From Azolla caroliniana (taxonomy: Eukaryota; Plantae; Polypodiophyta), in the NCBI GenBank assembly GCA_043228905.1, contig JBHGNT010000014.1, positions 2,480,001-2,544,000 of the forward strand: 64,000 bases of DNA, read 5' to 3'. This document shows, in pieces, positions 39,743 to 52,220 of this stretch. A program made the position numbers and the translations under genes. The stretch's first letter is position 1; each line of letters begins with the position of its first letter. The notes below the pieces were generated by a model. It was not told the DNA's origin. It ran no database searches and was given only the letters and a program-made list of their open reading frames with translations.

Positions 39743-40620
39743 ACACAGAGAAGGTACACAGGAGAGATAGAGAAAGAGCAGAACAACTTAAATCTATTAT
39801 CAATAACTCTGTAAAATTCTCTGTAAATACAACGTGCTCAACAACACTATTTATACAAGTCCTAAGAGGACTGATAGAAGTACAATGTACTTCAATGCTC
39901 ACATGAGTGTCTGACACTAACTATGAGACATTAACTACCTAATAGTCTAGGCTGCTACTAGGCTTCCGATTACTGCTTGATCCGGCTAATCGGCTCCCCA
40001 GCTTACCGGCTCACCGATCCGACTCATCCTTCCAGATGTCGATCTGGCTCAGGCTTATTCAACCGATCCGGATCCGGTTGAGCTTGCCGCTCAATACTCC
40101 CCCTCAAGCTCAACTTGAGGTCGGATCGTACTGTCAGTCTCCATGGCACCCGGTCCTTCCACCCGGCTCCTTCTGTCGTCACTCTGCCTCGCTCACGCTC
40201 CTTGTCCAGCCCGGTCCCGTTTTCCACGACCCTTCTGATTCGCCGATTCCTTCGTGTTGGCGCCGACTTTCGCTGCCTTCTCGTCCTCTTGGCCTTGAAT
40301 TGATCCCGTTCTTCCGAATCTGTCTGTTGAATCGAATCAACTGTCTCCAATTCATTCCTGCTCTTGTTCGAATTGGTCGCTGCCGATTTGTCTTCCAGTT
40401 CCAAGCCCTTCACCACATCGGACCATGTTCGAGACTTGGCCTTCTTCATTCGGTTGGCTCTATCCTTCTTGACTCTGCCGACGTTGCCGCTTGTTCCAAC
40501 TTGTTCGGATGTGTCAACTTCCTTTGTCAACTCAGCTCCTTTATTCTTCTTGTCTCTCCCTTTGTCGGTTCTTCCCTCACTGGCGCAATCGGCAGCTTCT
40601 TTGTCTTTGCCCGTTCTGAT
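39640..40620 (-). mobile_element. 3' end of a Ty1/copia element (3' internal region, PPT, LTR ~39640-40096)
   Basis: Minus strand reads AGTTGAGCTTGAGGGGGAG-TATTGAG, matching the PPT/LTR junction at 44987-45010; LTR similar to 1-387. Left boundary approximate. Confidence 0.65.
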
Positions 40621-43600
40621 GTCTTTGCTTATTCTCCCCCTGATGCTGAAAATGCAAGCCAAATAGTCACAGAAAAATTGGACAAAAATAATTTCCCTAT
40701 GTGAAAATTCAGAATGACAAATTTCCTTATGGGAAAAGGATACTAGGATTACATTGAAGGAGACCTAGAAGAGGCTCCTGAGGTCCCTGAAAAAAATGCA
40801 ACTACTGCAGAGATTAAAACATTTCAAGAATGGAATCAAGGGGCAAGAAAGGTATTGCATTGGCTCTCACTTAGCATCTCAAATTTGATGCTTGGACACA
40901 TACATGATGCTATGCTTCCAAAAGAAGCCTGGGACAATTTAGTAAAACTGTTTGCAGTGAATACAAAGGCTAGAAAGCTTCAGTTGAAGACTGAGCTAAA
41001 TACCTTGGAAAAAGGTAAGATGTCAGTGAATGAGTATGCTCTAAAAATAAAGAGCATATGTGAATCACTTGCTTCTATCAATGTGAAGGTAGAAGATGAT
41101 GATAAGGTGGAAATATGCTTAAGAGGTTTAGGACCTCAATATAAAAGCTTCAAAACATCTATTCTCACAAGGGATAGCATCCCAAGTTTTCCAGATGTGG
41201 TTTCAATGCTTTTAGTAGAAGAAAGAAATCAAACGGATGATGTAAACAAAGGAAACTCTGAGACTGAGGGGAAAGCCCTCTACAATAGTGCTGGAAGAGG
41301 CCGAGGAAGAGGCCATGGAAGATTTGGTTCAGCTAGAACCAACAACAATAACAATCAAGGAAGACGACAACATGTTGTAAGTGGAAGAAACAACATCAAA
41401 GGCAGGGGGAGCAATCGAGGTATAGGTAAGCAAACTTATTTGAATGATGATGGTTGTTGGTATTGTGGAAAACCAGGCCATACACAAGCTGAATGTTATA
41501 AAAAGCAAAATGATGAAAAAAGAGGGAAGAGACAGCAAAATAATTATGCCTCAACTAGTGAAGACTGTGATAAAGATGGTGCATTTGTGATGCAACATGA
41601 AACAACAGCAGTGGCTGAATGTTCACAGAGATGCAATGAAGAGTTTATGTGGTATGTAGATTCTGGGGCATCTAATCATATGACAGGACATGCAAACTGG
41701 TTTGAATGTCTAAGAGAACCAGAGATTCTTGGTTATATACAAACAGGTGATAATACTACTCATCAAATAGAGCATGTTAGAGATATTCCATTGTGGGAAG
41801 AAAAAGGAAAAACAAAGTATATGCTGAATGTGATGCATGTTCCAAACCTTGCAAAAAATCTTATTTCTGTTGGACAGATAGCGGAGCAAGGAATGCAAGT
41901 GAAGTTTAAGCAAAGCAGATGCTTTATAGAGAAAAATGGAAAGCTCATTGCAAAAGGGAAACGACAAGGAAGAATGTTTGTTTTGGATGTGGATATGCCT
42001 AAAAAGATTACAACCATGTTTGCAGAAGGAATGAGTGTAATCTTAGATGTGGAAATGTGGCATAAAAGAATTGGTCACATAAGTATGCAAACATTGAAAA
42101 ATATGTTGAGGAAAAATGCGGTGGTTGGACCACCTAAGTTAAAAGATTGTGAGATGAGCAAATTATGTGAAGCATGCCAATATGGAAAGCAAAACAGGTT
42201 GCCTTTCCCTCATGAAAGACATGTAAGCAAAAATTTGTTGGATTTGGTACATACGGATGTATGGGGACCAACAAAAAATGCATCAATTAGTGGATGTAAG
42301 TTTTATGTAACATTTATTGATGATTGCTCAAGGAAAACATGGTTTACTTCATGAAAGAGAAAAGTGAAGTATTTGATTGCTTCCGTAAGTTTAAATGCAT
42401 GGTAGAAAAGCAGGCTGGAACTAGAATAAAATGTTTAAGATCTGATGGAGGAGGAGAGTACTTCTCAAATGAATTTTCTGATTTTCTATGAAATCAAGGA
42501 ATAAGGAGACAGTTTACATGTAGATATACTCCACAACAAAATGGAGTTGCTGAGAGAAAAAATAGAACTCTGGTGAACATAGCAAGAGCCATGATGATAG
42601 AAAAAAATATGCCATTGTATTATTGGGCAGAAGCTGTAAACACAGCAAATTATATTCTAAATAGATGTATAACATCTGCAATACATGAAGTAACTCCGGA
42701 AGAATGTTTCTATGGCAGGAAGCCTAGTTTAGAACACTTAAAAGTGTTTGGATGCCTTGCTTATGTTCATGTACCTCCTGAAGTGAGAAGTAAGCTTGAT
42801 CCAAAAGCTGAAAAATGTGTTTTTGTTGGATACTTAGAGGAGCAAAAAGGGTATAGATGCTATAACCCTTTGACAAAAAAGATTGCGGTAAGTCAGGATG
42901 TAATATTTGATGAGTTGGGCAGCTAGTACAACCCAAAATAGAATGTAGAAACTGATGAAGACTATGAAAATGAAGACAGAGAAAAATCTGAAAATGGAAG
43001 AGATTGCCATGGAAATGAAAGCAATGTTGGACAACAAAGTTCAACATCAATGGAATGTACTGGACCATCTGGAAGCTCAGGTAGTAAATCTGAATCTAAT
43101 GCATGGAGTGGAAAAAATGCAAGACATAAAAAATATGATGATAAAAAGGGAAAACAAAAAATGCCAGAATATGAAATGCTTGATGATGGGTCTAGAAACA
43201 TGGAAGATGTAGATTCAGATACATCATTGGATGATGAGCTTGGTATAGGAGCCCTGAAAATCTTTGGTATGAAAAAATCAATGAAGGATGCAAATTAGAA
43301 ACTGAGAAGATCAGATAGAGAGAAAAAGATTGTTGAAAGATTTGGTTATGACACATATATGGCTATGCATTATGCATACATGTCTAAAGTGGTACAAATC
43401 CCTGATCCAAATAGTTTTGATGAAGCAAAATCTGATAAGAAATGGTTGAATGCAATGCAAGAAGAAATAGATGCATTGGCTGAAAACAGAACATGGGATT
43501 TGGTGAAGTTACCGAAAGAAAAAAATGGTGTAGGTTGCAAATGGGTCTACAAGACAAAGCATTATTCCAATGGAAATGTTAGTGGACATAAAGCAAGACT

Positions 43601-45290
43601 TGTGGCAAAGGGATATGCCCAGATGCATGGAATTGATTATGATGAAACATTTGCACAGGTTGCAAAGATGGCAACAGAGAACCCTACTTGCTGTGAGTGC
43701 AACCAAAAGATGGGTTCTGCACCATATGGATGTAAAAAATGCTTTTTTACATAGTAACTTAGAAGAAGAAGTGTATATGTGTCAACCACCAGGTTTTGAA
43801 GATAAAAAGCATCCAAAATATGTATGCAAGCTGAAAAAGGCTCTTTATGGATTGAAACAAGCACCAAGGGCATGGCATAAAGAACTTTCAGAATCTCTGA
43901 AAAAATTTGCTTTCAAAATGTCAAAGGCTGATCAATCATTATATGTAAAGAGGATAAATGATTGCATTGTTGTTATCTTGATATATGTTGATGACTTAAT
44001 CATTGGAGGTGATTCCATGGATGAAATAAGCAAGCTGTAAAAAAATCTTGAAATGCAATTTCATATGAAGGATTTGGGAGAGCTGAGATACTTTCTTGGC
44101 ATTGAGATGATCAGATCTGAAAGTGGTATATATATGTTGCAAAAACAGTATGCAACAACTATGTTGAAGAAGTATGGTATGCTTGGATGCAAACCTATTG
44201 GTGTACCACTAGATAAGAATTGCAACTTGAGGGCTGATTTGGGAGCCAAAATAGAAGATGTAAACATGTACAGGTCTATGGTGGGCAACCTCATATATTT
44301 GACCATAACAAGACCTAATTTGAGTTATGTTGTTGGATTAGTCAGCCAGTTTATGCAACAACCAACAAATCCATATTTGGACTGCATAAGAAGAATTTTG
44401 AGGTATGTAAAAGCTACTCAAAATTATGGACTGTTTTACAAGGCTGATTTGGACATAAAGCTGGAAGGATATACAGATGTTGATTGGGCTGGAAGCCAAA
44501 CTGATAGAAGATCCACAAGTGGATATATGATTACATTGGGAAGTGTAGCCATTTCATGGAGTAACAAGAAATAAGCTATTGTTGCACTATCAAGTACTGA
44601 AGCTAAATATAGAGGAGCTGCAATAGCCACCTGTGAAGAGGTATGGATCAGAAGATTGCTTTTTGATTTAGGAGAGTATATAGATGGTGTAGTCACAATT
44701 TGGTGTGACAAGATGAGCAGCATTCAACTCACAAAAAATCCAGTGTTCCATGCAAGAACAAAGCACATTGAAGTGCATTATCACTTTGTTAGGGAAAAAG
44801 TGATTGATGGAGAAGTGGATTTGTTGTATGTAAGTACAAATCAACAAGTGGTTGATATTCTTATGAAGGGATTGAGCATGGAAAAACATACACAGTTTAG
44901 AGACATGATGGGAGTTATAACCATCTGCATGGTAGCTGAAAAGCATGAAGAAAAGAAGATTGAACATGATCCAAAGAAAGGATAACTTGAGCTTGAGGGG
45001 GAGTGTTGAGAAGCAAGCTCAACAAAGGTATGTGATGCTTATTGAGAAATAAGCTATAGTAGCTATTAGCTAATTAGCTACTAGTGGACATAAAGGTGAA
45101 ACAACTATTTAGCTACTGATAGTTAATTAGCTACATATATAAGTCACTTATGTACTTAGGTAAAAAGTAAGTGTAATAAGTAGAAGTAGAAGTGTAGAAG
45201 AGTGAGAGTAGTGCAAAGAGTTGTAAGAACAGAAAAACAGAAAACAGACGAGAGCGAGTTGAGCTTTGCGTGTAATGAAGTAGAATCTTT
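40620..45290 (+). mobile_element. Degenerate Ty1/copia element lacking 5' LTR and PBS (Copia-3); 3' LTR from 45004
   Basis: Gag EKLDKNNF, CWYCGKPGHTQAEC, WYVDSGASNH, MWHKRIGH, YVDDLII, DWAGSQTDRRSTSGY, RTKHIEVHYHF; many stops and frameshifts; PPT GAGGGGGAG then TGTTGAG. Ends approximate. Confidence 0.88.
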
Positions 45291-45779
45291 TGGACTGTGC
45301 AAAGGTAAGTCTCCTTCCCCTTCCCCTTCCCCTTTCTGTCTTGAGGACTAAACGATCCAATACATCACGATCTGCTGTGCACACAGAAGAGCCGAAGCGC
45401 CTTCGTAACAAAAATGGCTTCACCACTAACTCATGCATATCCTTCTCCTTCAGAAACAATATTTGAAAGACTCACACTCCCTTATCAAAACTTTAGAACA
45501 TCTCAACTCAGCCCCTAATAGCTTTATCTTTACCTTTGATCTTGAATCTATATATCCCAGCATACCCCCTAAGCTTGGACTTGAAGCCTTATGAAAAATC
45601 ATTACCCCCATTTCTCAACTTCTAAAACTAACATTATCTATACACTTACTGCAATCACATTGTCGTGAAAATCTGTCATTATGTGTGGATCGTGAGGAAA
45701 AACTGTCGGGGTTATGGACGGGAAGGAAATAGGGCTCTCACACACAACACAGGGAAGGCTTACACGAACAAGGCATGAG

Positions 45780-46200
45780 TATTTGAACGTGTTTGTGAAA
45801 AGGAGAGGTGCATGGGCAAGCTCGAATCAACCCCTAGTCACAAGACGAACGAATGTACGTGAGGAAGACTTACACATGGACACACAAGGAAAAGTCTTAC
45901 TTACACACACGAGAGACAAAGTTTCGAATGCCTTTGTGAAAAGAGAGGTGCATGGGCAAGCTGGAATGCTCCCTTGTTACAAGACACGCGAACACACAAG
46001 CAAGGTACACACTAGAGATACAATTTTGAATGCCTTTGTGAAAGGAGAGATGCATGGGCAAGCCAGAAACGCTCCCTTGCCACAAGACACACAAACAAAT
46101 AAGCACAAAGGACAATAACATACCAGACACATAAGTTTGAATGCCTTTGTGAAAGGAGAGGTGCATGGGCAAGCCCGAAACGCTCCCTTGTCACTAGGCA
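45780..46200. repeat. Imperfect tandem repeats (~100-140 bp period, 4 copies) inside the Gypsy-C LTR
   Basis: Core tttgaatgcctttgtgaaaggagaggtgcatgggcaagc near 45782, 45922, 46026 and 46136. Confidence 0.85.
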
Positions 46201-47972
46201 CACAAACAAATAAGCAAAAATGACGATAACATATAAGATACGTAGGTGAAAGCAAACATTAGTTTATTACAATATAATAGATTCTTTTATAAACTAAGAA
46301 TCGATTTTATAACGGGTTTGATATGAATATGAGAGATAATTTATAAAGGAAGGGGGAAGAGAGGTGGAGGAAAGAAGAGAGTGGAATATAGAAGAAGGTG
46401 ATTCTTTATTGATAATGCCTCTCGATGTTGTTGGTCCTTCTTCTTTTGCCTTCCAATTGAGTAGAGCTTCCACGTTCCTTCTCCCTCCCCCCCTCTTCAC
46501 TAGAATAGGCTCTTATTTATAGGTTTAGGATTGCTTGCCTTTTTCCCCTAAAAAAAAGCTTGTCTATATGAGTCGACTTTTCTTTTCCTCACTATTTTTC
46601 TTTTCTAGCCCCAAATTTCACATGCAAGATATTCTTGGAAAGTTCTTTGGGTTAGTTTTTTTATGCATATTTTCTTTTCTAATTTGGACATTTGATGAGG
46701 AAAGTTTGAGCTTTTTTCTCTACTGTGCTCAAATCCACGCGTGCTTTTTTTTTTTCTCCCCATCTTTTTCTCTACTTTTGTCTACTTTTGAAAACCACCT
46801 CTAACTTAATATTCATCATTATTTATAGTAAGGTTCAATCCTTTGACCTTTTATTTATAAGGAATTATCTTTGGCAAATGAAAAAGTATTTTTGCTACCA
46901 ATAAAGTTGACTTCACAATACTAGTTTATTTGAACTACTATTTTACTTCTTTTCGAGGGTGGTTTCACATTATGTGTTAGAAACATCACGACATCCACCC
47001 CCACCAAAACTGCACATCCTCCGGTATGTGCCAATGATTGTTAGCTACTATTGTTTATTCTTTTTAAACCTCGAAGTCTAGAGGTTCGATTTCAGGATTT
47101 GTGGTCTCTCTTCTCTTAAAGATCTTGATTCTCTTCCTTGCAATCGGCAAAGCAAGTCGAGTTCCATCTAACTCCGCTAAAAAATAGGTTGCATTATTTT
47201 CAATTTCCTTAACCATGTATGGGCCAAACCATCGTTTTATGAACTTTTGAGTAGTTGTTACCGGCCGGCAAAGGAGTCCAGAGTGGGAAACAGAGAGCTA
47301 ATTAAGTAGTAGGAATGTGGTTGTAATTAAGCTATGAGTGTGGACGGACGGACCGGAAACGATATGCCGTTCCGGATCCGGACCGATCCCGAATAGGTGC
47401 GGAGGGCACCGTTTTGTAATACAGACCAGAAACCTATTTAAAGGCCCGGATACAATGTAATAGTTAGCGGTTAATTAATGAAAGCTTAAGCGTTGTTATA
47501 TCTCTGTGTTAATTGCCGTTCTGTCTTAATTGTTATATCTTACGCGTGTTATGAAGACGATCCTAATAGGTAACTTGATTAAGTCGGATTAAGCGTTGAA
47601 GTCTAATCCGGTTGCCATAACACCCTTTGGTGAAGTGTCTCCCGTAGACACCCTGTGTTAGGCCATTGTCTGGGCCGAAGAGTTAACACAGTTTTTGACG
47701 ACCACGATTCCTGTTTTTGCAGCGAACGACGGCACGGATGAATGTCTAGATCAACGCACGACCTGGTTACAGATCGAACTCGACGCCTTGCCGAAAGGCA
47801 AAGGAGACGCGAGGCTTTCCAGCAAGCGGCGCAGGAAATTAGAGCGGATCGCTCGTTTTCCAACGTAATCCGGAGAGTAGCGGAGGACTCCCTCTAGTTA
47901 CAGCAAACATCGCACCCGGACGACGGCAGCAGCCTAAGCAGCCTCCGGGAAACCGAATCCCTTCTCCATGCG

Positions 47973-50900
47973 TTGGCAAACGGAGAAGGCGAAGCAGAGG
48001 CCTTTTCAGCATATGAATCGGACTCCGAAGGGGAATACAGCGTGCACACGAACTACTGTAGCAGCAACGAAACCCCGGGCGGACCGGAGGACGAAGGATC
48101 AGATACCTTACCGACACCGGAACCGGAACCGGAAGTGCTAACGCTGGAACCCCCGGAACCAGCAGAGGAAGAACGACCTCCGACACCGGAAGTCGAAGAG
48201 GAGAGGCCTCCGTCACCAAAGGAAGAGAAACAACCGACACCGGAATCAAATCGGGAAATACCACCGACACCGGAGAAAATTCCGGAACGAGCACCAACAC
48301 TACCAGCCCGCGCACCGATACCGGACGATGACATGCCGTTCCAGTACTCCAAGTATAGAGATGATCCGGACGCAGAAGCTCATGTGCACGCCTTTGAACA
48401 GACATGGGAAGCCAACCATGTGTCCCAGCGACTAACACCGGAGGAAGAAGAACGCTCTAAGATAGCAGAGTTTGGCGTCACATTGGAGGGACCGGCAGTA
48501 AGATGGCGCCGGACGCAGGACCCGTCTACCATCAACACCTTTGCAGATTTAAAAGCTAAATTCATGCATTTCTTTCAAAAGGAGGTGGACCAGACCGTAA
48601 TGGTAGGCTTATTTTATACCATCCGGCAAGAGGCAGGGGAGAGCATTCCCCAATTTGTCATCCGGTTTCAACGGATGCATAGTCAGCTTACCCGTGCACC
48701 CCCGGAGGAGGAATTACGGACGATATTCCTAAACGCGCTCCGGGAACCCCTATGCACGGTTTGCACGGTAATCGATTTCCGCACAAGTACCATCGACCAG
48801 GTCATTGACCGGGTGAAAGAGATGGAAAAGACAAGCTCCTGGTTCACACTGGGCGCACTTCAACGGGCGTTACCGTCCGATGAAGACCTCTGGTTTCGGC
48901 AAGCAATACAGTGCACAACCTGCTTGAATTCCGGACACTCGGCTCTAGAATGCACTATGAGGATGCAATGTGTAATCTGTCAATCCAAGAGCCATACGAC
49001 GGATAGGTGCGAGTATAATCTTTTGACTCGGCAAGCACCGCCCGTCCGACAAATTGAGCCACGCAGCAGCCGGGATGAAGAAGACGAACGCTGGTGGCGA
49101 ATGGACCGTGACCGACCGGCACAGGATGTCTGGTATGGCGAGCGACGGGAAAATAATGTCCGGTACGGCGAGCGACGGGAAAATGACATTCTGTACGGTG
49201 ATCGGCGAGAGAACTATGACCGGCATGATCGGTACCAGGATTACAATAGACGATATGAACAGTACGACCGGGAGCACTCCCTCGGGTATCGTCAGCAACG
49301 GGAGGAATACGGCAGATATAACGGGCAACCCCGTCAAGAGTACCGTAATAACTAAAACTATAACAAAAAACGACATTTTAAAAAAGGCGGCTATCCCCGG
49401 GATCCGGAACAAGGAGCTCCAAGTAGCCAACCGGTACAAAACCCCGCGCGTACCGTAGGACCTGCCCCGGGCACAACAGACAATGCCGAATCAAGCAATA
49501 CCCGGAAGGCCTACTGCTACTACTGCCGACAGGAAGGCCATTATAGTAACCAATGCCCGGTGAAGAGCTATGAAAAACGACCGGCGGTAAATATGGTAGT
49601 CCCTGAGGTGGCAGACCTGCAGCAGGTGACCACAAGGTCGAAGGGCATGGCCAAAGAATGGGAGACACAGGAGACCATCCGCAAACAAGCAACGAAATGG
49701 GTAAAGAAAGCAAACGAGCAGAATGTCACTGACTTACAGCAGCAAAAGGAGAACACCGCAGGGCTTGCCGGTGGTAGTCACTCCGAGAACGAGACATGGC
49801 AGGCGTTGCAAGAATGCCAGATTACGTTACCACTAGGATGACTCCTACAACTCGTGCCTAGATTCACGGAAGGACTGAAGACGGCCATGACGGCAGGAGA
49901 ACCATCACCGGCACCGGTACTCTTCTCGAATCCGGAGGAGGGACCAACAGTGGTAGACACCAGCAGTCCGGTAATCACTGCCATTGTAAAAGGGAAAGAA
50001 CTCCCCGGCACAGTTATAGACGGAGGCTCTGGGGTAAATGTAATAAGCCTCCGGACGTGTGATGACCTAGGAATCCACGAGTGGGAGCCGTGTCCGTTCT
50101 GGTTGCAGATGGCCGATACAAGCTCAGTGCGGCCGACAGGATTAATACGGAAATTAGAAGTCACCGTCGGCAGTCATACATTTCACATCTCGGCCGTAGT
50201 GCTACAATTACAGGCACAAGGCGCATACCCGCTATTGCTGGGGCGGCCGTGGTTGAAAACGGCACATATCAAACAGAATTGGCGAAAAAATATAATTACC
50301 TTCCGGCGAGGAAAAGCCAAGGTACGGGTACCAACACAGCCAAGGACAAGCACTGGCAAGGAATGTACACCGTTGTATGCGGAATGCGTCAACATGCTAG
50401 AAGGGTTAGCGGACGATGAAGAAGCTCAATACCTGCAGGAAAACCCGAAGATCATACCCCTCTTCGAAATTGACATTGCCGAAGCCGTAGCACCATACTT
50501 ACCGCAACTGGAAGAGGCGGAAGCAGAACCGGATAAAGACACAATCCGGGAGTTACGGCAAGCGCAGGAAGCGTTGGAACGGGAAATGGCCGTTTCACAG
50601 CGCGTAAAAGCATCGCAACTGGAAGAGGTGAATTTAGGCACCACAGACGAAGCAAAACCGGTGCACATCGCCAAGGAGATGAAGTCCAAAGACAAAATGG
50701 CGATGATAACACTTCTCACGGAATTCCGGGATGTGTTCGCCTGGTCATACGAAGATATGCGAGGACTCGACCCTCAGTTATACCAACATCAAGTACACTT
50801 GAACCAGACGCAAAACCAGTGGCACTTCGAGTTTGCGTGGACTACCGGAAACTCAATGCGGCTACGGTAACGGATGTGTTTCCACTTCCGTTCACAGATG

Positions 50901-52220
50901 GAGTGTTGGATGCCGTCGCCGGCCATGAGGTCTATAGCTTCCTAGACGGATTCAGCGGGTATAATCAGATCCGGATGCACCCCGACGACCAGGAGAAAAC
51001 GACATTCGTCACCGAATGGGGGGTGTTTGTGGCCGTGGTGATGATGTTCGGACTCAAAACGGCACCGGCAACGTTTCAAAGAATCATCATGGAAATCTTT
51101 GGTGAATATATACCGGCTTTTATGCAGGTTTTCCTTGACGATTTCGCCGTCTATAGCCGGGAGGAGGACCATTTTTAGCACCTCCATCTTTGTCTAGAAA
51201 AGTGTAGAGTGTACCGGCTAAGCTTGAATCCGGCAAAGTGTGTATTTGGCGTGTCCAGTGGAACTTTATTAGGACATATCGTGAGCCAGGAAGGTATTGC
51301 AGTCGACCCGGACAAAGTGAAAGCCATATCAGAAGCACTGGCGCCGGCAACGGCAAAGGCATTAAGCCGGTTCTTAGGCCAGATCCGGTGGCATAGCCGG
51401 ATGCTCCGATACTTGGCCGACCTGGCTACACCGTTGCATGCCGCCGTACATCGGACACCATTCCAGTGGACTGATACTGAGGATAGGGCGTATAAGGCCC
51501 TCAAGGTACTATTGTCGCAGGCACCGGTAGTACAACCTCCAGATTGGAGTAAAGAATTTCACGTGTTCGTGGACGCCTCCGACATCGCAATCGGAAGCGT
51601 ACTGATGCAGCTTACGGAACCAAAGTGGTACCGGCCAGTGTACTATGCCAGCCGGAAGCTATCCCAAGCAGAACGGAACTACTCTACTACGGAACGGGAA
51701 GCTCTAGGAATGATCTACAGTGTGACAAAGTTTCGGCACTATTTATTGGGAAGGAAGTTTTCCTTCCATGTAGATCATTCGGCACTCCTTTACCTAGTGT
51801 CCAAGGCGTCACTCACCGGCAAATTGGCCCGGTGGACCTTATTGTTACAGGAGTTCGAGTTTGAAATATTCCACTGACCCGGTATACAGCATGCCGTAGC
51901 GGATTACTTAAGCCGATTGGAGTTCGGAGAAACGGGTGACGGAGTACCGGATGAGTTTCCGGATGCGGAACTGTTTCGAGTCACTACAGAGATGGCAACA
52001 GATGAGACAGTGGCCTAGGAAGACAAGTGGCTCACAAATATGCACCAGTTTCTGAGCACAGGACTACCTCCGGAAGAGCTGAACCGGGACGAATGGAAAC
52101 GCCTGGCGGTACAAAGCCGACATTTCTGCTTATTGCAAGACACACTGTACCACAAGGGTGCTGACGGCATATGGAGACGGGCGGTGCACAGCGATGAAAA
52201 GGAACTGATACTGAGGGAAG
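47973..52220 (+). pseudogene. Gypsy-D gag-PR-RT-RH and integrase N-terminus (stops, RT deletion near 50820)
   Basis: Retrotrans_gag-like core, three CCHC knuckles, VIDGGSGVNVI, FLDGFSGYNQI, FLDDF, VDASDIAIG, EREALG; KPVA joins directly to LRVCVDY. Confidence 0.88.

Noticed and set aside
45780-46200. Repeat-spacer pattern resembling a CRISPR array
   Set aside because: Eukaryotic LTR context, spacers related to one another and irregular in length, no cas genes.
49376-49386. TTTTAAAAAA as a slippery site in Gypsy-D
   Set aside because: Gag, the third zinc knuckle and the protease are already in one frame.
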